Of a stretch of 64,000 nt of DNA, positions 1 through 13,420 are shown in pieces (positions within the stretch are counted from its first letter, which is position 1; each line of letters starts with the position of its first letter). The translations under genes were made by a program, and so were the position numbers. This stretch comes from Blasia pusilla (lineage: Eukaryota): contig CM114271.1 in the NCBI GenBank assembly GCA_050084515.1, forward strand, positions 22,878,001-22,942,000. Reading direction: 5' to 3'. The notes below the pieces were generated by a model that saw only the letters and a list, made by a program, of their open reading frames with translations, had not been told where the DNA came from and did not search any database.

Positions 1-771
1 CATATTATGGTGGTTTCGTGCTGAATTTTCCAAGATATAGTAGGGGTCTACTCTTTATCCTTTGCTTAAACGCTATAGCTTGGTTTGTGTTCATACATTT
101 ATGCTCTGATTAAATTTTAGAGTGTGTGGAAGGAAAAAAGCATACGAAGGAGTCTTCATCATTTTTCAACATTCAATCTATGACTTGAGGTAAAAAATTC
201 CTGCATGTACATGTGCATCTCTATAAGGACACAAATTTCATACCACTACTTTTTTCCTTCAAGTTTTGAAAGTTCATGCTTATCATTAGGAGGAAAAAAA
301 ACCTAAATTTTTTTTTTGTGGATTAGAGCCATTTCTTTTGTGTTTTTGCCCATTTTAAGAACCTAATTTGTATTCCAATTTCTTGAGAAAAGGTTCAGCT
401 CCCATGAATTTAGGTTCTCGGATCCAAACTCTAGATTCTAATTCCCTTGTATAAACTACCACAACTTTACTCTGTAGTGATGTAGAATTTGGGGTGAAAG
501 GTGGAATTCCAAATGAAGATAGACTTGTCTTCCCCAAGTAAAGTTAATTGTAAATAAATCATTCTCCATTCATTTTTGTGCAAATTTTCGTCTTTGTAAG
601 TGTAGATTCCTTTTTGAAATTGCAGATTTTCTATACTAACACATTCAATTTGAGTCAAACAAAAGCAGGAGTAAAATAATTAGAAATATCTCATATTTTA
701 GAGGACTGGTAAGACCCTACATTCAATCTTATGACATTATTTCTACATCTTTGGTTGACTTCGATGATCTA

Positions 772-1199
772 CTAGCTTGCAGGAAATAGAAAAGTCCATA
801 TATGTCCATAGACATGTCGGTCGAGTACTTGCGGTCTGCATCCGAGCTCGCCCCTGAGCTCGCCAAGCTCCTCGCGTAGACTCAAGTTGGCCGAGCCTGC
901 ATCCATTTTGTGGCCCGTGGAAATCCTACAACCAAGCTTGCATGGTAAGATGAGGGCCCACCGCAGTCGAGCCCAAGCCCGCGTGCGCCCTTGACCCGCC
1001 CTATGGACCTTGAGCCTGCCATGGAGGCCTGGTTACGGGCCTATCATAGGTTGCGTACTGGCCACAAAATGGGTACGAGCTTGGTCAGCCCAAGTCTACG
1101 CGACGGGCTGGGGTGTGGGCCACGAGTTCTTGGGCCCCCATCCAAGCATAAGAATGGACATAAGTCCGTAGACAGGGACTTTGTCCATTTGCAACCCTA
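772..1199. mobile_element. hAT-like MITE / non-autonomous element
   Basis: Imperfect inverted ends (ctagcttgca..aaaagtcc / ggactttgtccatttgcaaccctag). The right end resembles the right end of the hAT at 43560-43642. GC-rich island in AT-rich DNA; no clean TSD seen. Confidence 0.45.
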
Positions 1200-1499
1200 G
1201 GCATGCTAAAGAGGAGGACAGATAGAAGATATTCTCATGAACCATTGCTTCGACCATCTCATCGATCATTGAAAACACATGCTCCCAAATTTTTTGGAAG
1301 CTTTGTACCGTCTACTCTATGATTTGTGGTTTGGTACAATCTATATCAAGCATATTGTAGCACAAAAATTAAGATAAGCCACGTTTTAGAAACCTTATTT
1401 AAGAATATGACGTTCTATATTGTCAAAGATGCACATGATTGAGATGCACACCCATACTCATGAATGCATATTTGAGACCGTTTTGCCCATCCTAGCCAA

Positions 1500-3050
1500 A
1501 GTGATGCATAACATGAATGATGAAGCATATGGCTTGGCTACTCAATGTTTTTGGTCCAAAGGCTAAAGAAATGACGATACTACCATCACATATGTAGAAA
1601 ACTCTAATGTATGTGTTGACTCATTGACATTGGGTTCCACCAACTAATAAGCATGGTGATTCCAAACCAATCAATAGCCACCCTCTATCTAGGCATAAGA
1701 GGCAAGGTAACTTAACAAAGTGAATAACACTACTTTTGACAAACTCGCGTTGTTGACCAATATCAACGAGGTTCAATCATCCTATTTTTCTACTTGAAAC
1801 AAATTGTCATAGATAAAAGAACAAATCCAGCCAATCAACGACGCATGGTGGATCCGAATACATGAAGACCAAAGTGGAGGAAGAAATTCCTGGTCAAACC
1901 AGCTAATTACGAGTTTACAAGGCCTTCTCACACTTGTCAACGAATGGTTTGGCAACTCACCGGAAATTAGATTAGCCCATTTATGCGCGCGTTGCAAATT
2001 TAGACTCCACTCCCTCCGCAGAGCATTAACAACATGCGAAAATGTACATAAATAAGAGCCCCAACCCAAACCAGACCCGCCAAACCGTCGAAAGTTCGCA
2101 GGCAACGATTCGAAGGCGAGTGTGATGCCGACACCTTATGTGGCATTACACTTGTTAACCATAGATATGGATGATGTGCATGCAAACTGACGCTTGTTGC
2201 ATCCAATAACGCTGCTATTGACCTCATCCATGCTTGAACTTGTTGTGCAAATGAGTCATCCAACAAAGGAACCTTCTCCAAAATAGGGGGCTGATGCTCA
2301 TACAAATGTTTCAAAATCAGTCCCATTTCCTAGAACACCTAAACTTGGTTTACCAAACCATCCCCACGTCAAATATTTGATTGGCCTTGATATGACCAAC
2401 ATGCAATCATCAAATTAATGATGCCCATCCCGTCTACATCTTGCATCATAATAATAGGATGTCCATGGATAAAGAATCATGATATCCCTATTGTTATTTC
2501 CAATAAAGGATTTAAGAACTATAGCGTGCATTGAGACACATAGTGTAGTGAGACTTCTCTTGTGGTCTTATCCCTCTCTCTATATAAGTATTGATAAATA
2601 CAAAAAACTGTTGTAAGATGACAACCAATCTATGTAGGTTGATCCCTCCAAGAAATCCAACACTTTTGCACAATAGTAGAGAATTAGAGTTCTTTTGGTA
2701 AATGATCATCCATATGTCTGTTTTCCATGATAGAATGTGGTTTTGAGATTGATGAGTTATATTAATAACAACAACAATGTGTATGCGCACGATCCCATAA
2801 TAAATGTCTCTCCCTGTTCCATTATATATTTAATGGACACATTCTTTTGTAAATTTTGAGTATGAATTTTCAAACAGATTGGGGTGCCTCCAACAAGCCT
2901 AAGTGGATATTTTTTCTCCCAAGAAACTAAGTTATCCTGAAAAAAGAATTCAATGTGCAGCAATGAGTTAGAATATCTTCCATTACATTTAGTTGTCATC
3001 CTATAGCCTTCAAATTTCATGTCATGGGAGTATGTGACCCGCACATTTTT
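1500..3050 (-). pseudogene. Old, heavily decayed Gypsy pol remnant with a C5 DNA methyltransferase domain (copy 1)
   Basis: Minus-strand translations align by eye with the DNMT at 11.7-12.7 kb: GFLGGIN (motif I), IACWSYQGQS (decayed GWPCQG, motif IV), LEKVP (ENV), AQQVQAW..LLDATSVSLHAHHPYLWLT (VIII), LVWNHHAY*LVEPNVNE (IX). Unrelated ~340 bp interrupts it at ~1790-2130. Confidence 0.75.
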
Positions 3051-4329
3051 CTATGGAGGGGCCTTATTAATGAGGAATATGTTATGCTAAGTGGCATTGC
3101 TAAGGATCATTACAACATCTGCATATAACTCTTGTTTTCTTTTCCTATCAAAGTGGATTCCCCTATTAATTCACCACTCATAATCTCCTCTCATGGGAAT
3201 CCGCTGGAGCCTTGGTACTCCCGCTATACTTTGGGAAGCAACATGAGAAATAGTTAAATCACAAGGCTACCTTTGGGAATGATCACAAACCTTATTATTC
3301 GACGGAGAGACCAGGTGGAATTCCCAACCACGTTTACGAGACTTGGTTGGTGGGGACCGCCCAACTAATCGAACTAATCGAGCTTACGATTTCTCCTAAT
3401 TGATGTTATATACTTATATTTGTAGGATTTGAAGATCGAGAAATTCTTCCTAAGACTTGTTTCGGGGTTTAATTTTGCACCATTCTCCCCCACCTCATTG
3501 CGGTTTTTCACTGTGCATTCCATATTCAAGTAGAATGGCCAAGCAGAATTTCCAATCGTGTTTATGAAGCGTGAGTGGAATCATGAATTTATGACTCTAG
3601 ATATCGAGGATACACTTGCACGATTCTTCTCAATTGCGTTTTCAGTTGTATATTCGGCCTTGTGAGGTCTACCTTCCCTTTCCCAATATGCAACCTTTTG
3701 ATAAGAGTGATAGAGCAATTTCTGTTTTGTACTAAACCAGTACTCGGGGTGCCAGGGACTTTCTGAGTACTCCTAACAGGATGTTTTTGATACTTTTTTT
3801 CAGCATTTTAGTCTCAACCTATCTTTTTGAAGCTTACTTCTGAGGTCCGGTTTTGAACCACTCTTCCCTACCTTATTCTGGTTTTTTGTTTGTGCATTCC
3901 ATGTTCAGATAGACTCAAAACTCGATGCCTCTACTAGTCGTATAAGACTTCATTTTAGACTTGAGTTTCAATCCTCATTACTGATCATACGGTCCACTAA
4001 GACTACCATGCCAAACCTACTATCTAAGTATAGGGTTTAGTGCCTGTAGTGCTGTGTAACTTGCTTGGATTGTAGACTTGCTACTACTTTGTCTCGTACA
4101 ACAAGGGTACAATCATCCTATTGCTCAGAATCCTTTAGTTGAACTTGAACAACTCGGACTTCAATTGCAAATAGGTAGTAGTATTACCTCAAGGCCGTAA
4201 TAGGTACTCAAGGCATACACACTTCAACCAACCGTATAAAGACTTGAATATATCCTCGTATTTACACCCTAAGTTCTTACTTTATCCACTTTCCCATCTT
4301 CCCAAATGCCTCGGGCACCCACGCCTAGG

Positions 4330-7300
4330 GCTATCACAAGGACTAACAACATCGATAACAAAATTTTGCAGGTTGGTAATAATCAACCAGCAATTAACAG
4401 AAGATCCAAATGGTTAATGTTAAGAAAATCTTGATTACAACAATGCAGAACACATGCACGAGCTGGATAGATACTCAAGTCTAAACTAGCATGCAAACCA
4501 GTGTGTTATCACTGGTCGATAGCTCACAACCTACTTTGTAAATGGCAAGATATTGGCAGCAAGTTCATACCCAGTATGTAGTGTTGTGGGTATTATGGTG
4601 TCGTGATTTACTGCACGCATTGTACCCTCATGTGCACTGTTAAATTGTCAATTTATCCTCCATATGCACTCTCTAATGGGTTCCTCATACCATATACAAT
4701 CCTCCAAGAAGGAGAATTCTATGCATGTGATCTCTATACCACCAACCAGCCTCGGAGTAGCTTAAATGTGTACATGACACCCGCTTATATACGAAGCATT
4801 TTATCGCCAAATCCTCTTCATTTCCAACTTCTCTCTATCCTGGAATCCAAAATTGGTATTGTTAGCAAATTCAATGGCTTTCACAAGGGGTTTTTCAACC
4901 CTAAATCATTGTTGGATTCTCCTCTTATTTCTTGGAATCTTGAATCAGCTTCAAGGGACAAATTTGAATCCATAATAGATAGCATAAGACCAGTGGTGGT
5001 TACTAACCTCGTTGTGAATGATCTTTATAAGGACTACAAGTGCTTGCTTGAATTACCTAATCCATCTTCTGGATTGGTCGTTCTTCTTGGTTCAGTGGTA
5101 ACATCTATACTCAAAGTTGCCCAGGAAAAGGGCCAAGTAACACATAGCATGTCATTTAACCAATACCAACCAGAGTTGAATATTTTACAGGTTATTACAT
5201 ATTGTCTCCCTACTAGAACTAAGAAATCCTTAGACATTTTTTACAACAGCTGTACATTTTTCAAGAAAGAAGCTAATAGTAGAGAACGCTTCCTAACAAA
5301 TTCCATGGGTGCATCTATTGATAAACGACTTAATATAGAAACCGGAATATTCCCATTTCTTTTCTCATATTTAAAATTTTACTTTCTTGTTACAAGCTCA
5401 TTCTCGGATTATATGCGACTGAGGGTCAAAACAAATATTCAGCCCATTTTCCTCATACAAATTGTACATTTTAGTCATGTTCTAGTTACGACAGTCAATA
5501 TCAGTACCACGTCTCGTTCCTTCATTCTCAATAAAGACCTAAGGAAGGAGAACTTTGTGAGGAGGACTTGTACCACCATTTGTCTAAACACTCACTCAGT
5601 CCACAGATACCTAGTAGCCCATGTTGGCATAGGAAACACTTAACAGACCTAAAAGCCATGGTCCATAAGTGGGGTATGCCAAACTTCTTTCTAACTCTCA
5701 CCATTGATGAGGTCTCCACCACACGATGGCCTGAGATAGCACACATAGAAAGCATCCTCCTAAAATTCAATCAAGAATTCACCTAGCGTGATGGGCCTTC
5801 CGAGTGCCCACAACTTTTTCATACACAACTACATACCTTCCTTGCTACCTATATATTCTCTGGACCTCAATTATTAGAATGTATTCTAAACTATGTCATT
5901 ATGTATGATCTTCAAGCTAGATAGAGGCAGCATACACTACCACGTAATTTTTTGGATGCACAATGATGACATCGATAGGATTACATCAAATATTTGTGCT
6001 TATATTCCAGATCCTAACAGTCTTGTGCCCAGCCATCCACAACAATCCTGTGACTCACTTCTCCGTAACCTTGTTACTACATAGCAATTACATAGGTGCA
6101 AAGGAGGAGTATGTATTATCAGGAAAAAGCAAGGCCAATGACCTTATTGTCATCTAGGATTCCCTGCATAAGTGAACATGGACACTATTCCCTCCATTGA
6201 TCCCAAGTCCATGCGTTGGACTTACTTTAGGCCATCGCATTTGCATCGCAATGTCATCCCCTATCATCCCCTTATCTTGTTATTGTGGGGTGTCCACATG
6301 AACATCCAGAGGGTCACCAACATTGACTGGCCCTCTTACCTTATCAAGTATGCATTGAAATCTAAACCAACAGGTTCCTTAGATATTGATACTGAGTCCG
6401 CTCGCTGCTTGGGACTTGAAAGCTTAGATAAGGTGAGACTTAAACTTGTTTCAAGAGTTGTATTCAATCAATCCATATGTTCCACTGAAGCATCATTATC
6501 ATCAATGCAGATAAAAATTATTTTCAGATCTCAATCTGTTAGATACATTGACTCTAGTCCACCATCACGTCGTACATCTCTTTACAAGCTTACATCTGTT
6601 CCTTGTATGCACCATGTAGAGCTCTATTGTGCTAGACCAACTTCCCTTGAAGCTCCTACTTTTTCTAAATCTTGGTCAAAAAATCATCTTACAAAACAAC
6701 ACCAAAATAATCCCTTGGTTTACTTGTAGGAATTGACTCCTTGGGTAACACAATCTATAAATCATACCGCCTAGTACGGTTTACTGAGTTCCATCCACTT
6801 CATCAATGGAATAAAATTTTCTATATAATTATGCTTCACCATATTCACTTTAGATCTGAAACCACACTCCTAAGCTCTACTTCATCTAAGTGGACTTATC
6901 TTCATGAGTGCTTGCACCGCAAATTAGTTTGATATAGAAAATCTCCTTACTAATCATGCCAACCAACACTTATGGAGCAAAATACATACTGCAGAGATTC
7001 TGTCAAAAACGTTAGAAATTCAAAAAAGCCCACTTAGAAATTGATTTGAGTAACATCGTCCATGAGGTTCAACCTGAGCCAACACCTACACAACCACACC
7101 AAACTCCTTTACATGATTCACCATATATAAGTCTACTCAATTCTGAGCAACAACGTCTCTTCTATACAATCACAACGATGCACTCAAAAATCCTCGTGCT
7201 CACAGGTTCATCAGGATCGGGAATTTTTTTTTTCTTAAACTATAGGTGCAAACATTGGGATTCTTTAGGTTCCGAGTATCTATTGGCGGCAACAATAGGA

Positions 7301-8090
7301 ATTGTAGCAATACGCGTACATGAGCAAGCTACAATAGTTCATTCTATATTATGTATTCCCATACGAGGGGAAGTACCTGATATGCATCCCACATCAGATG
7401 CTTCCACAAAACCTAGAGATGCTAACATCATTATCATTGACGAATGTTCCATGTTGACTCCACGTTTCTTACAAATTTTGTCTATGAGAATAAATCAAAC
7501 ATTAGAATCATATTCCCATAGTTCATTCGCAAATAAACTACTTGTATTAGTGGGTGACATGGCACAATGTCAATTATCCCTGTCCACATTACAACTGATG
7601 CTCCTTCGCTGCCAGAATTTAAAGACTGGCTTGAAGATGAGAACTTCCACCAACTGCCCTTTGTTGCTATTGGTTGTGTTGTGATGTTGACATCTAATAT
7701 AGATATTAGATTCCAAGTCGCAAATTTTGCTCACGCTGTATTACTAACTTTAACTACAATGATCATGACAACTCTTTGACCTCTATTTCAATCAAGATTA
7801 GGACATCAGGTAAGATATTAAAAATCACAAGGATAACCTTTTGTATTCTTAGATACAGCTCTAGTAAAAATTTCTACTAAAAAACTTTCCCTCTCACTCT
7901 TGGCTATGCTATGACAGGTCATAAGAGCCAATGATTGACAGTCCCTAGCAAATGTTTGCTAGTGATTAAATTTGTATTTGCACTCGGCTTGCTATATGTA
8001 ATGCTTTCTCATGCATGGTCTCGACATCAAATGAGAATATTAGGCACTTTAGACCAGTCTAATTTTATCACTTTTGGGCATATTGCTTAG
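4330..8090 (+). mobile_element. Helitron A: degenerate Rep/Helicase (divergent, Helitron2-like lineage)
   Basis: Rep motifs DLKAMVHKWGMPNFFLTLT, RGSIHYHVIFW (HUH), YLIKYALK. PIF1 motifs GSSGSG, IIIDECSML, LVGDMAQ, FPLTLGYAMTGHKSQ, LLYVMLS. Frameshifts and stops; internal helicase deletion near 7567 relative to Helitron B. Confidence 0.88.
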
Positions 8091-8130
8091 GGTTTCCTTT
8101 TGGAGTTCTATTTCCCATTTTATCTGTGTA

Positions 8131-9174
8131 GGATGGCATCTAGCAACTCCAACTCTAGATCAAGGGCACAACAACCATCAGGTAGCCAGTTTGGTCAGTC
8201 CATGCTAGTCTCTATACACCTTTAGCATGCTATGACACAAACCACTCAGTCTGGTCACACTACACCTAACCAAGGTGTTGCACAAGACTTCAGCATCTCG
8301 TCTCAGAATGCATGCATTGGCTCTTCCGGCACTCAGATTAGCATCTTCCAACTTAATCACTTCCATTCCTACATTCTTTCATCTTCTGTTTCTAACTATC
8401 CCACAGGTACCTTCAAACTATATGGACTTTGCGTCAATGATACTCAATGATATTGAGAGTATCCCTGATGCATATACACCAAAGTTTGTGCATTCCACCG
8501 AAACCATATGCGCTTTTATGACAACTTAGGACTAGTTCCTGCCTTTTGGGAGAAAGGTGTAACAAGTCGGAAGATCCAAGTTATCATCATACAGGGGAAG
8601 GAATGGGATCATAAATTTTGTTTGCACAACAAAGACTCACCTAGAACATGTAACTTACATCTTCTCATTGGTAGCCTCTACCTAGTTTATACTATGTAAA
8701 TTGATGAGCTTTGAACACTGACTCCCTTATAATTCCACATTTTCTTACCTTTCTTCTCTTTGCTGCAATATTTCAGGTATACCAAAGGAGGCATTGCGTC
8801 ACTTACAAGTTGAATTCTAGAAGATAACCTTGACTCGTTCCCAAGCCAATTGACTATTCAACACTGCATCCAATTGCATTAGGCTAGACCAGCTCCGTAC
8901 TCTTTGTCATGAATTCCACTTGCCTCTTCACATTGTCATATAACTGACTTCCACAAAATCCAATCACATGATATCTAGGATGAGACTTGCTTACGCCAAT
9001 GGCGAGCTACGTGACTTCATGCCTCCTTCCAAGGATGAGCCCCACATTGTACCTATCCTCCATTAATTGGAAATTTTCAAATTAGAAGTCAATTCCACAA
9101 ATGTTGTCATTGATCTAGATACTTTCCAGCCAAGAACTGTTGCGAATTCACTAGGAAAGCGGAAGTGCGCCTAA
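8131..9174 (+). pseudogene. Helitron A accessory gene 1 (spliced, unknown function)
   Basis: Exons ~8407-8649 and 8777-9174 with GT/AG borders. Peptides DNLGLVPAFWEKGV and IPKEALRHLQVEF..IRLDQLRTL..GELRDF match Helitron B at 44541-45164. Confidence 0.6.
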
Positions 9175-10189
9175 TCTATTGTTGAAGTATGTTAACCACT
9201 ATTATACTTTACAATTATTCCCGCTTTCGGGGCTTAACCACCACTTTAGTAATTATTACATCCTAGTTCTAATGCGGTCTTCTTCTTCTTTGCATTTGCA
9301 GATTTCAAACACGTGACATGTACCACTCTTTCATGGGAATTTTACATCACTATATGTCAGGGGATTTTATGGAGGATTTTCATGTTTTCGAATAATAGTT
9401 CTCTATAGTTTAGACATCTCATCAGTTCCTCGACTTCTTCGGCTATTTAAAATGACACTCTTGCACACATCTAATTGCTAGAGATACTATGATAGTCTTG
9501 TACTTTTGGCACTTTGGCTTATCATTTGTGTTCAGATTTTCCGATGCATAATATTAACCATCACTTATTTTAATTCTTATCAGTCTACAATACTTACTTG
9601 AACAATTTTGGTGGTGACTGCTTGTATGTATTCTTAACTCTATGATTACTTCACTCAACACACAACATTCACTTAACATTTTCAGAGTTTCACTTATTTT
9701 GCTTCCCTATGACATCCAATGTATAACAAATGTATCAACCTTCCAATTCATCCATTTTTTTATATGAATGCATTATATTCCAGTCCACTACTTTTGTTTC
9801 CATAATGTCGTACAATTCACTCAGGTTCTACTATCTCATGCTTCATAAATTTCCTTTTACACTATACCCATATCCCAACTTATTGAACTTGAAAATCTTT
9901 TCCAGTACTTTGCCTAAATTATATACACCTCTCTATTGCTATTTTCTGTATCTGTTTCTTCCACATCATTTCATACATTGCTATTTCATTTGCCATTTTC
10001 TCTTAGAACAGCAATCACTTCTATTATTCCATGCTCTTCACTCTAAGATTCCACAACTATTTCTTTCTTACACCCAACATTTTCTGAAAGCTGATTTGTT
10101 ACGGCCACTTCTTTCCTTTTGTCTTCACACTTTGCTTTCATTGTCTCCTGAATTCATTTACATTTCTAACCATTCTACTTCTTGCTTTT

Positions 10190-10601
10190 ACAGATGCAAA
10201 CAAGAATGCCGTCCAGGAGGCCCCCTTACAAGGAGAATTAGAGTCAACCAGGTGTTGAAAGCTTGCATCAACATCCGCGGCCACAACCACACATCCTTGG
10301 AGATCACTATTCACCAATTTCACTGCAAGTGTACAAGAATGTTCTTAGCAAGAGAGACGACCTTCACGTTCAGATCGATTCCTTAAAGGCTCGTGTGTCT
10401 AGGCTATCAGGACAGCTAGCTTCCCTGTTAGATAAAACATCATCTATTAAGCTACAAAATGCTCAATATAAACAGAATTTGGAGGAAGCTACTTTCTACT
10501 TCAAAGACTTTCTCAAACATACTACCTCTATTGTAAATAGTGATGCAAAGTTGGAGCTACAAGTCTCCCTGATAGAATCACTACTCCGCAAATACACATG
10601 A
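10190..10601 (+). pseudogene. Helitron A accessory ORF 2 (predicted coiled coil)
   Basis: Heptad-like ORF 10263-10601 (LKARVSRLSG..IVNSDAKLELQVSLIESL) resembles 46260-46487 in Helitron B (LRLRVSRLLN..IANDPKLPLHSNIIQSM). Confidence 0.45.
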
Positions 10602-11739
10602 GCACTACTTCATCATGTAGTATCATTCCTGATGTTTAGTAATGCCGGACTTCTCCAATACATGTTGAATCTTGTTGATGTTAGCTGATGTTTTACCACC
10701 ACTATTACATGTCAAAATTTTCTTGCAACCGCCTATTGTTTGTACTACCACTGCTAAAGGTGGAAATTTTGTTACATGTTATTTTCCTACCAGTAGTGCA
10801 TGTGGAAATTTTGTTGCAACTACAAGTTGTTTTTACTCCCAGTGCAACAATGACTCTCCTTGAACGATAATCTATCTTTCTGTCATTTACATGCTCTGTG
10901 TTATGACATGTTTTTTGGTTGTCACTTTTCATGATCATGTACTATATTGTCATTGACTCTTATCTTCATTTACTACTTGCAGTTTGAATGCACACTACCA
11001 GTCCACAAATTTCAGTAACTATATATATATATATATCGTAATTCTGATATTTACATCAGCCACTATGTCAGATTTTAGCATCCTTGTATACTCTAAAGCT
11101 TAACACATTTTTTCCTACTTTAAGCTTCATACCGAACTTACTTGACAACATTTCTCCCAAAATTTTGAAACTCGTAATGTTCCACATAAAATATTATCAT
11201 TACACACATCGTCCAACAAATTCACTCAAAACAATAGACACTAATACTTGTAAAATGTTCAAAGCCAAACCTACAACTATTATTCATTGCCGCACTTCAC
11301 AGATCCCTGGACCCTTCAGCGTACACAAATCATGCATACTAAATGCAAAACAGCTCCTATAACTCCTAAGGAATTGGTGTATTTGGGGCCGCTCTCCTCT
11401 TGTCGACTTAGGGCCTATATCTAGCTCCCAAATCTCCATTGCGACTACCGTACGACTCTCCGGCATGAGTGTCGGTGGTTGCTATGGTGCAACCCCATCT
11501 CGGATAATAGAACTCTCATCTCCACGTGCAGTACCCGGAACCACACTCGATATTGTGGCTATCATCTCCTAGCGTACATGCAAAACATCCCAAGAAGTCC
11601 AAGGGTGTCTTTCCCGATCATCCATGGTGTGTCAATCTCCTCAGGTCTCGCCTCCAGCCGCTGCCTCAACCGCCTCGGTAGGCATGGGGCTCACCAACCC
11701 AACAGTTGTGATCAGTCGCGTCCTCAAACAACGCTGCTC

Positions 11740-12665
11740 AACTACTCCTAAGCTGAAAATCCATGTCAAGCAGTTCACGTCCATTTCTTGACCCAAGACA
11801 TGACGTCGTGATACCTCTGATAGTGACAGTATTGCCGTCACTCCTGTGGGGAATCCCATTGCTCGCTCTCGCTCATCGGCGTTGGGCTCCACCAACCTCT
11901 GTACTTGGTCATCCCAAACCAAGCCAGGTCCGGCCCTCTTGAATGCATAAGAAGCAGGAAAACTCACAAATGTGGGAAAGGCTGCTCGTGGCCTCCCAAT
12001 CCTGTTGACCATAGTCAACGGCGGTCGATCATCTAGCCTCACTACTTGTGATCGATGGCCTGGATCCAATATAAAATCCACCAACAAATTGGAGGGGCAT
12101 TCCACTCTTGCATATGCCCTTTGTAACACCTTGTGTGGTATCAAGTTGGTCCACCAAAGATGCGGGCGATGGGCTCGTGAACCCACACTCGCTACATCTA
12201 ACAACACTGCCGGGCCGATCCATGCGCGCACCTGATGTGCACTCGTCACCACGTGGGACCTCAAATCGCCCACAATTGGCACATTCTCCAAAATGTTGCA
12301 AGATCCGCATCATCTCCCAAAACAACCTGGACCGAGTGTCAACTTACCCGCTATCTCGTCCAACACTCGATTGGCCCTAACACGGCCAACCAACAATGAC
12401 CAAGTTTATGGTCCCTAACCGCTCCAAGTTTTGTGCCCCCAACAATGAAATGTCCCTCGGTAGGAAACTCTGGTAACCCTGAATGACATAGAAAAAGTCG
12501 AGGAAACGGAGTCGTAACAGCGCAACATGGTGACTTAAAGTGTGCCTCGCAACATCATCAATCTCCACATACAGGTATTCCTGCACGAGCACTCCAATGT
12601 GCAAAACTACAGCTAACTCAGTGTTGATCCCTCCAAAGAGATCCAACATCCGAATACCCTTCTTT
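11740..12665 (-). pseudogene. Retrotransposon-encoded C5 cytosine DNA methyltransferase domain, DNMT3-like (copy 2)
   Basis: Motifs in canonical order: LDLFGGI (I), YVEID (II), DI (III), VGWPC*G (IV; CAG>TAG stop), LFWE (V), ENV (VI), RAHRPHLWWTN (VIII), ERERAMGFPTGVT (IX), RRHVLGQEMD (X). Confidence 0.92.
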
Positions 12666-13049
12666 GGAATGCACCACACAATTGGGATGGTGTCCAAAGG
12701 GGTCATAGCAACACTCTTGCCTACTTGGGATTCCTCTAACTTGTCACACTCTAGTGCAAACGTCTGGCTCCATACGGTTTGCACATGCTCAACGGCTAAG
12801 CATCGAAGCTCCTCAATCGAGCCCCAAAGCGGCACCTCTCCTCCACTAACTGATGCGGCTACCATGACACTCCTCTGCATAGAAATGTCAGGAACAGGAA
12901 TATCCTCTTCATGGACATGTCCCTAAATCAAATCACTAGGCCAAGTGATGGCACTGCTAAATGCTGCTAAGGTTGCCATCTCTCTTGGCCATTGCTCGAT
13001 CACTGCATCTGTGAATCGAACGGGTAATGAGCTAAGGCGCTCATCACCT

Positions 13050-13420
13050 GACTGCCATCTTAGTTTGTAGGACATTGACTCCTCCCACTAATCCAGGGAA
13101 AACCCCATCGGGTATAACACTGTTTCACCAACCAAGACGTCGTAGGACTCTGCATCAATCACTATCGCCTTGGCTCGCACCACAGACTCATCTATAGGAT
13201 GTCCCCGGTGAATCCTCACCACGACCTCCTATCGGGTGATATATTGTGTGGTACTTGCTCCAATCCAAGATGTCTGTATTCGGAATGGACAACGCTCCAC
13301 ATCGGCTCTCGTCAAACCCAATCTTCTCAATGACGCTTTCCCCAACATCAGGGGTTGCGCTCTTGAATCCAACAAGACGCGATGCGGACTAAAAGCTCTA
13401 CCTCCGGGACTCACCAACTA
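13050..13420 (-). pseudogene. Retroviral-type aspartic protease of element A
   Basis: RVLLDSRAQPLMLG (decayed D-S-G) and downstream SYDVLVG motif. Confidence 0.75.

Noticed and set aside
1-760. Possible RT remnant on the minus strand continuing DNMT copy 1
   Set aside because: Position fits, but motifs are too decayed to support by eye.
9730-10386. 218-aa hydrophobic ORF
   Set aside because: Low-complexity T-rich, intron-like sequence giving F/L/Y/H bias; no motif.
11482-11487. CTATGG matching 19903-19908 as a TSD of element A
   Set aside because: Pol-like coding continues past it to ~11302 and no LTR is adjacent; chance match.
11641-12880. Host DRM/DNMT3 gene or bacterial restriction-modification methylase
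   Set aside because: Intronless, collinear between retroviral protease and the pre-RT segment, with no UBA/PWWP domains or partner nuclease.
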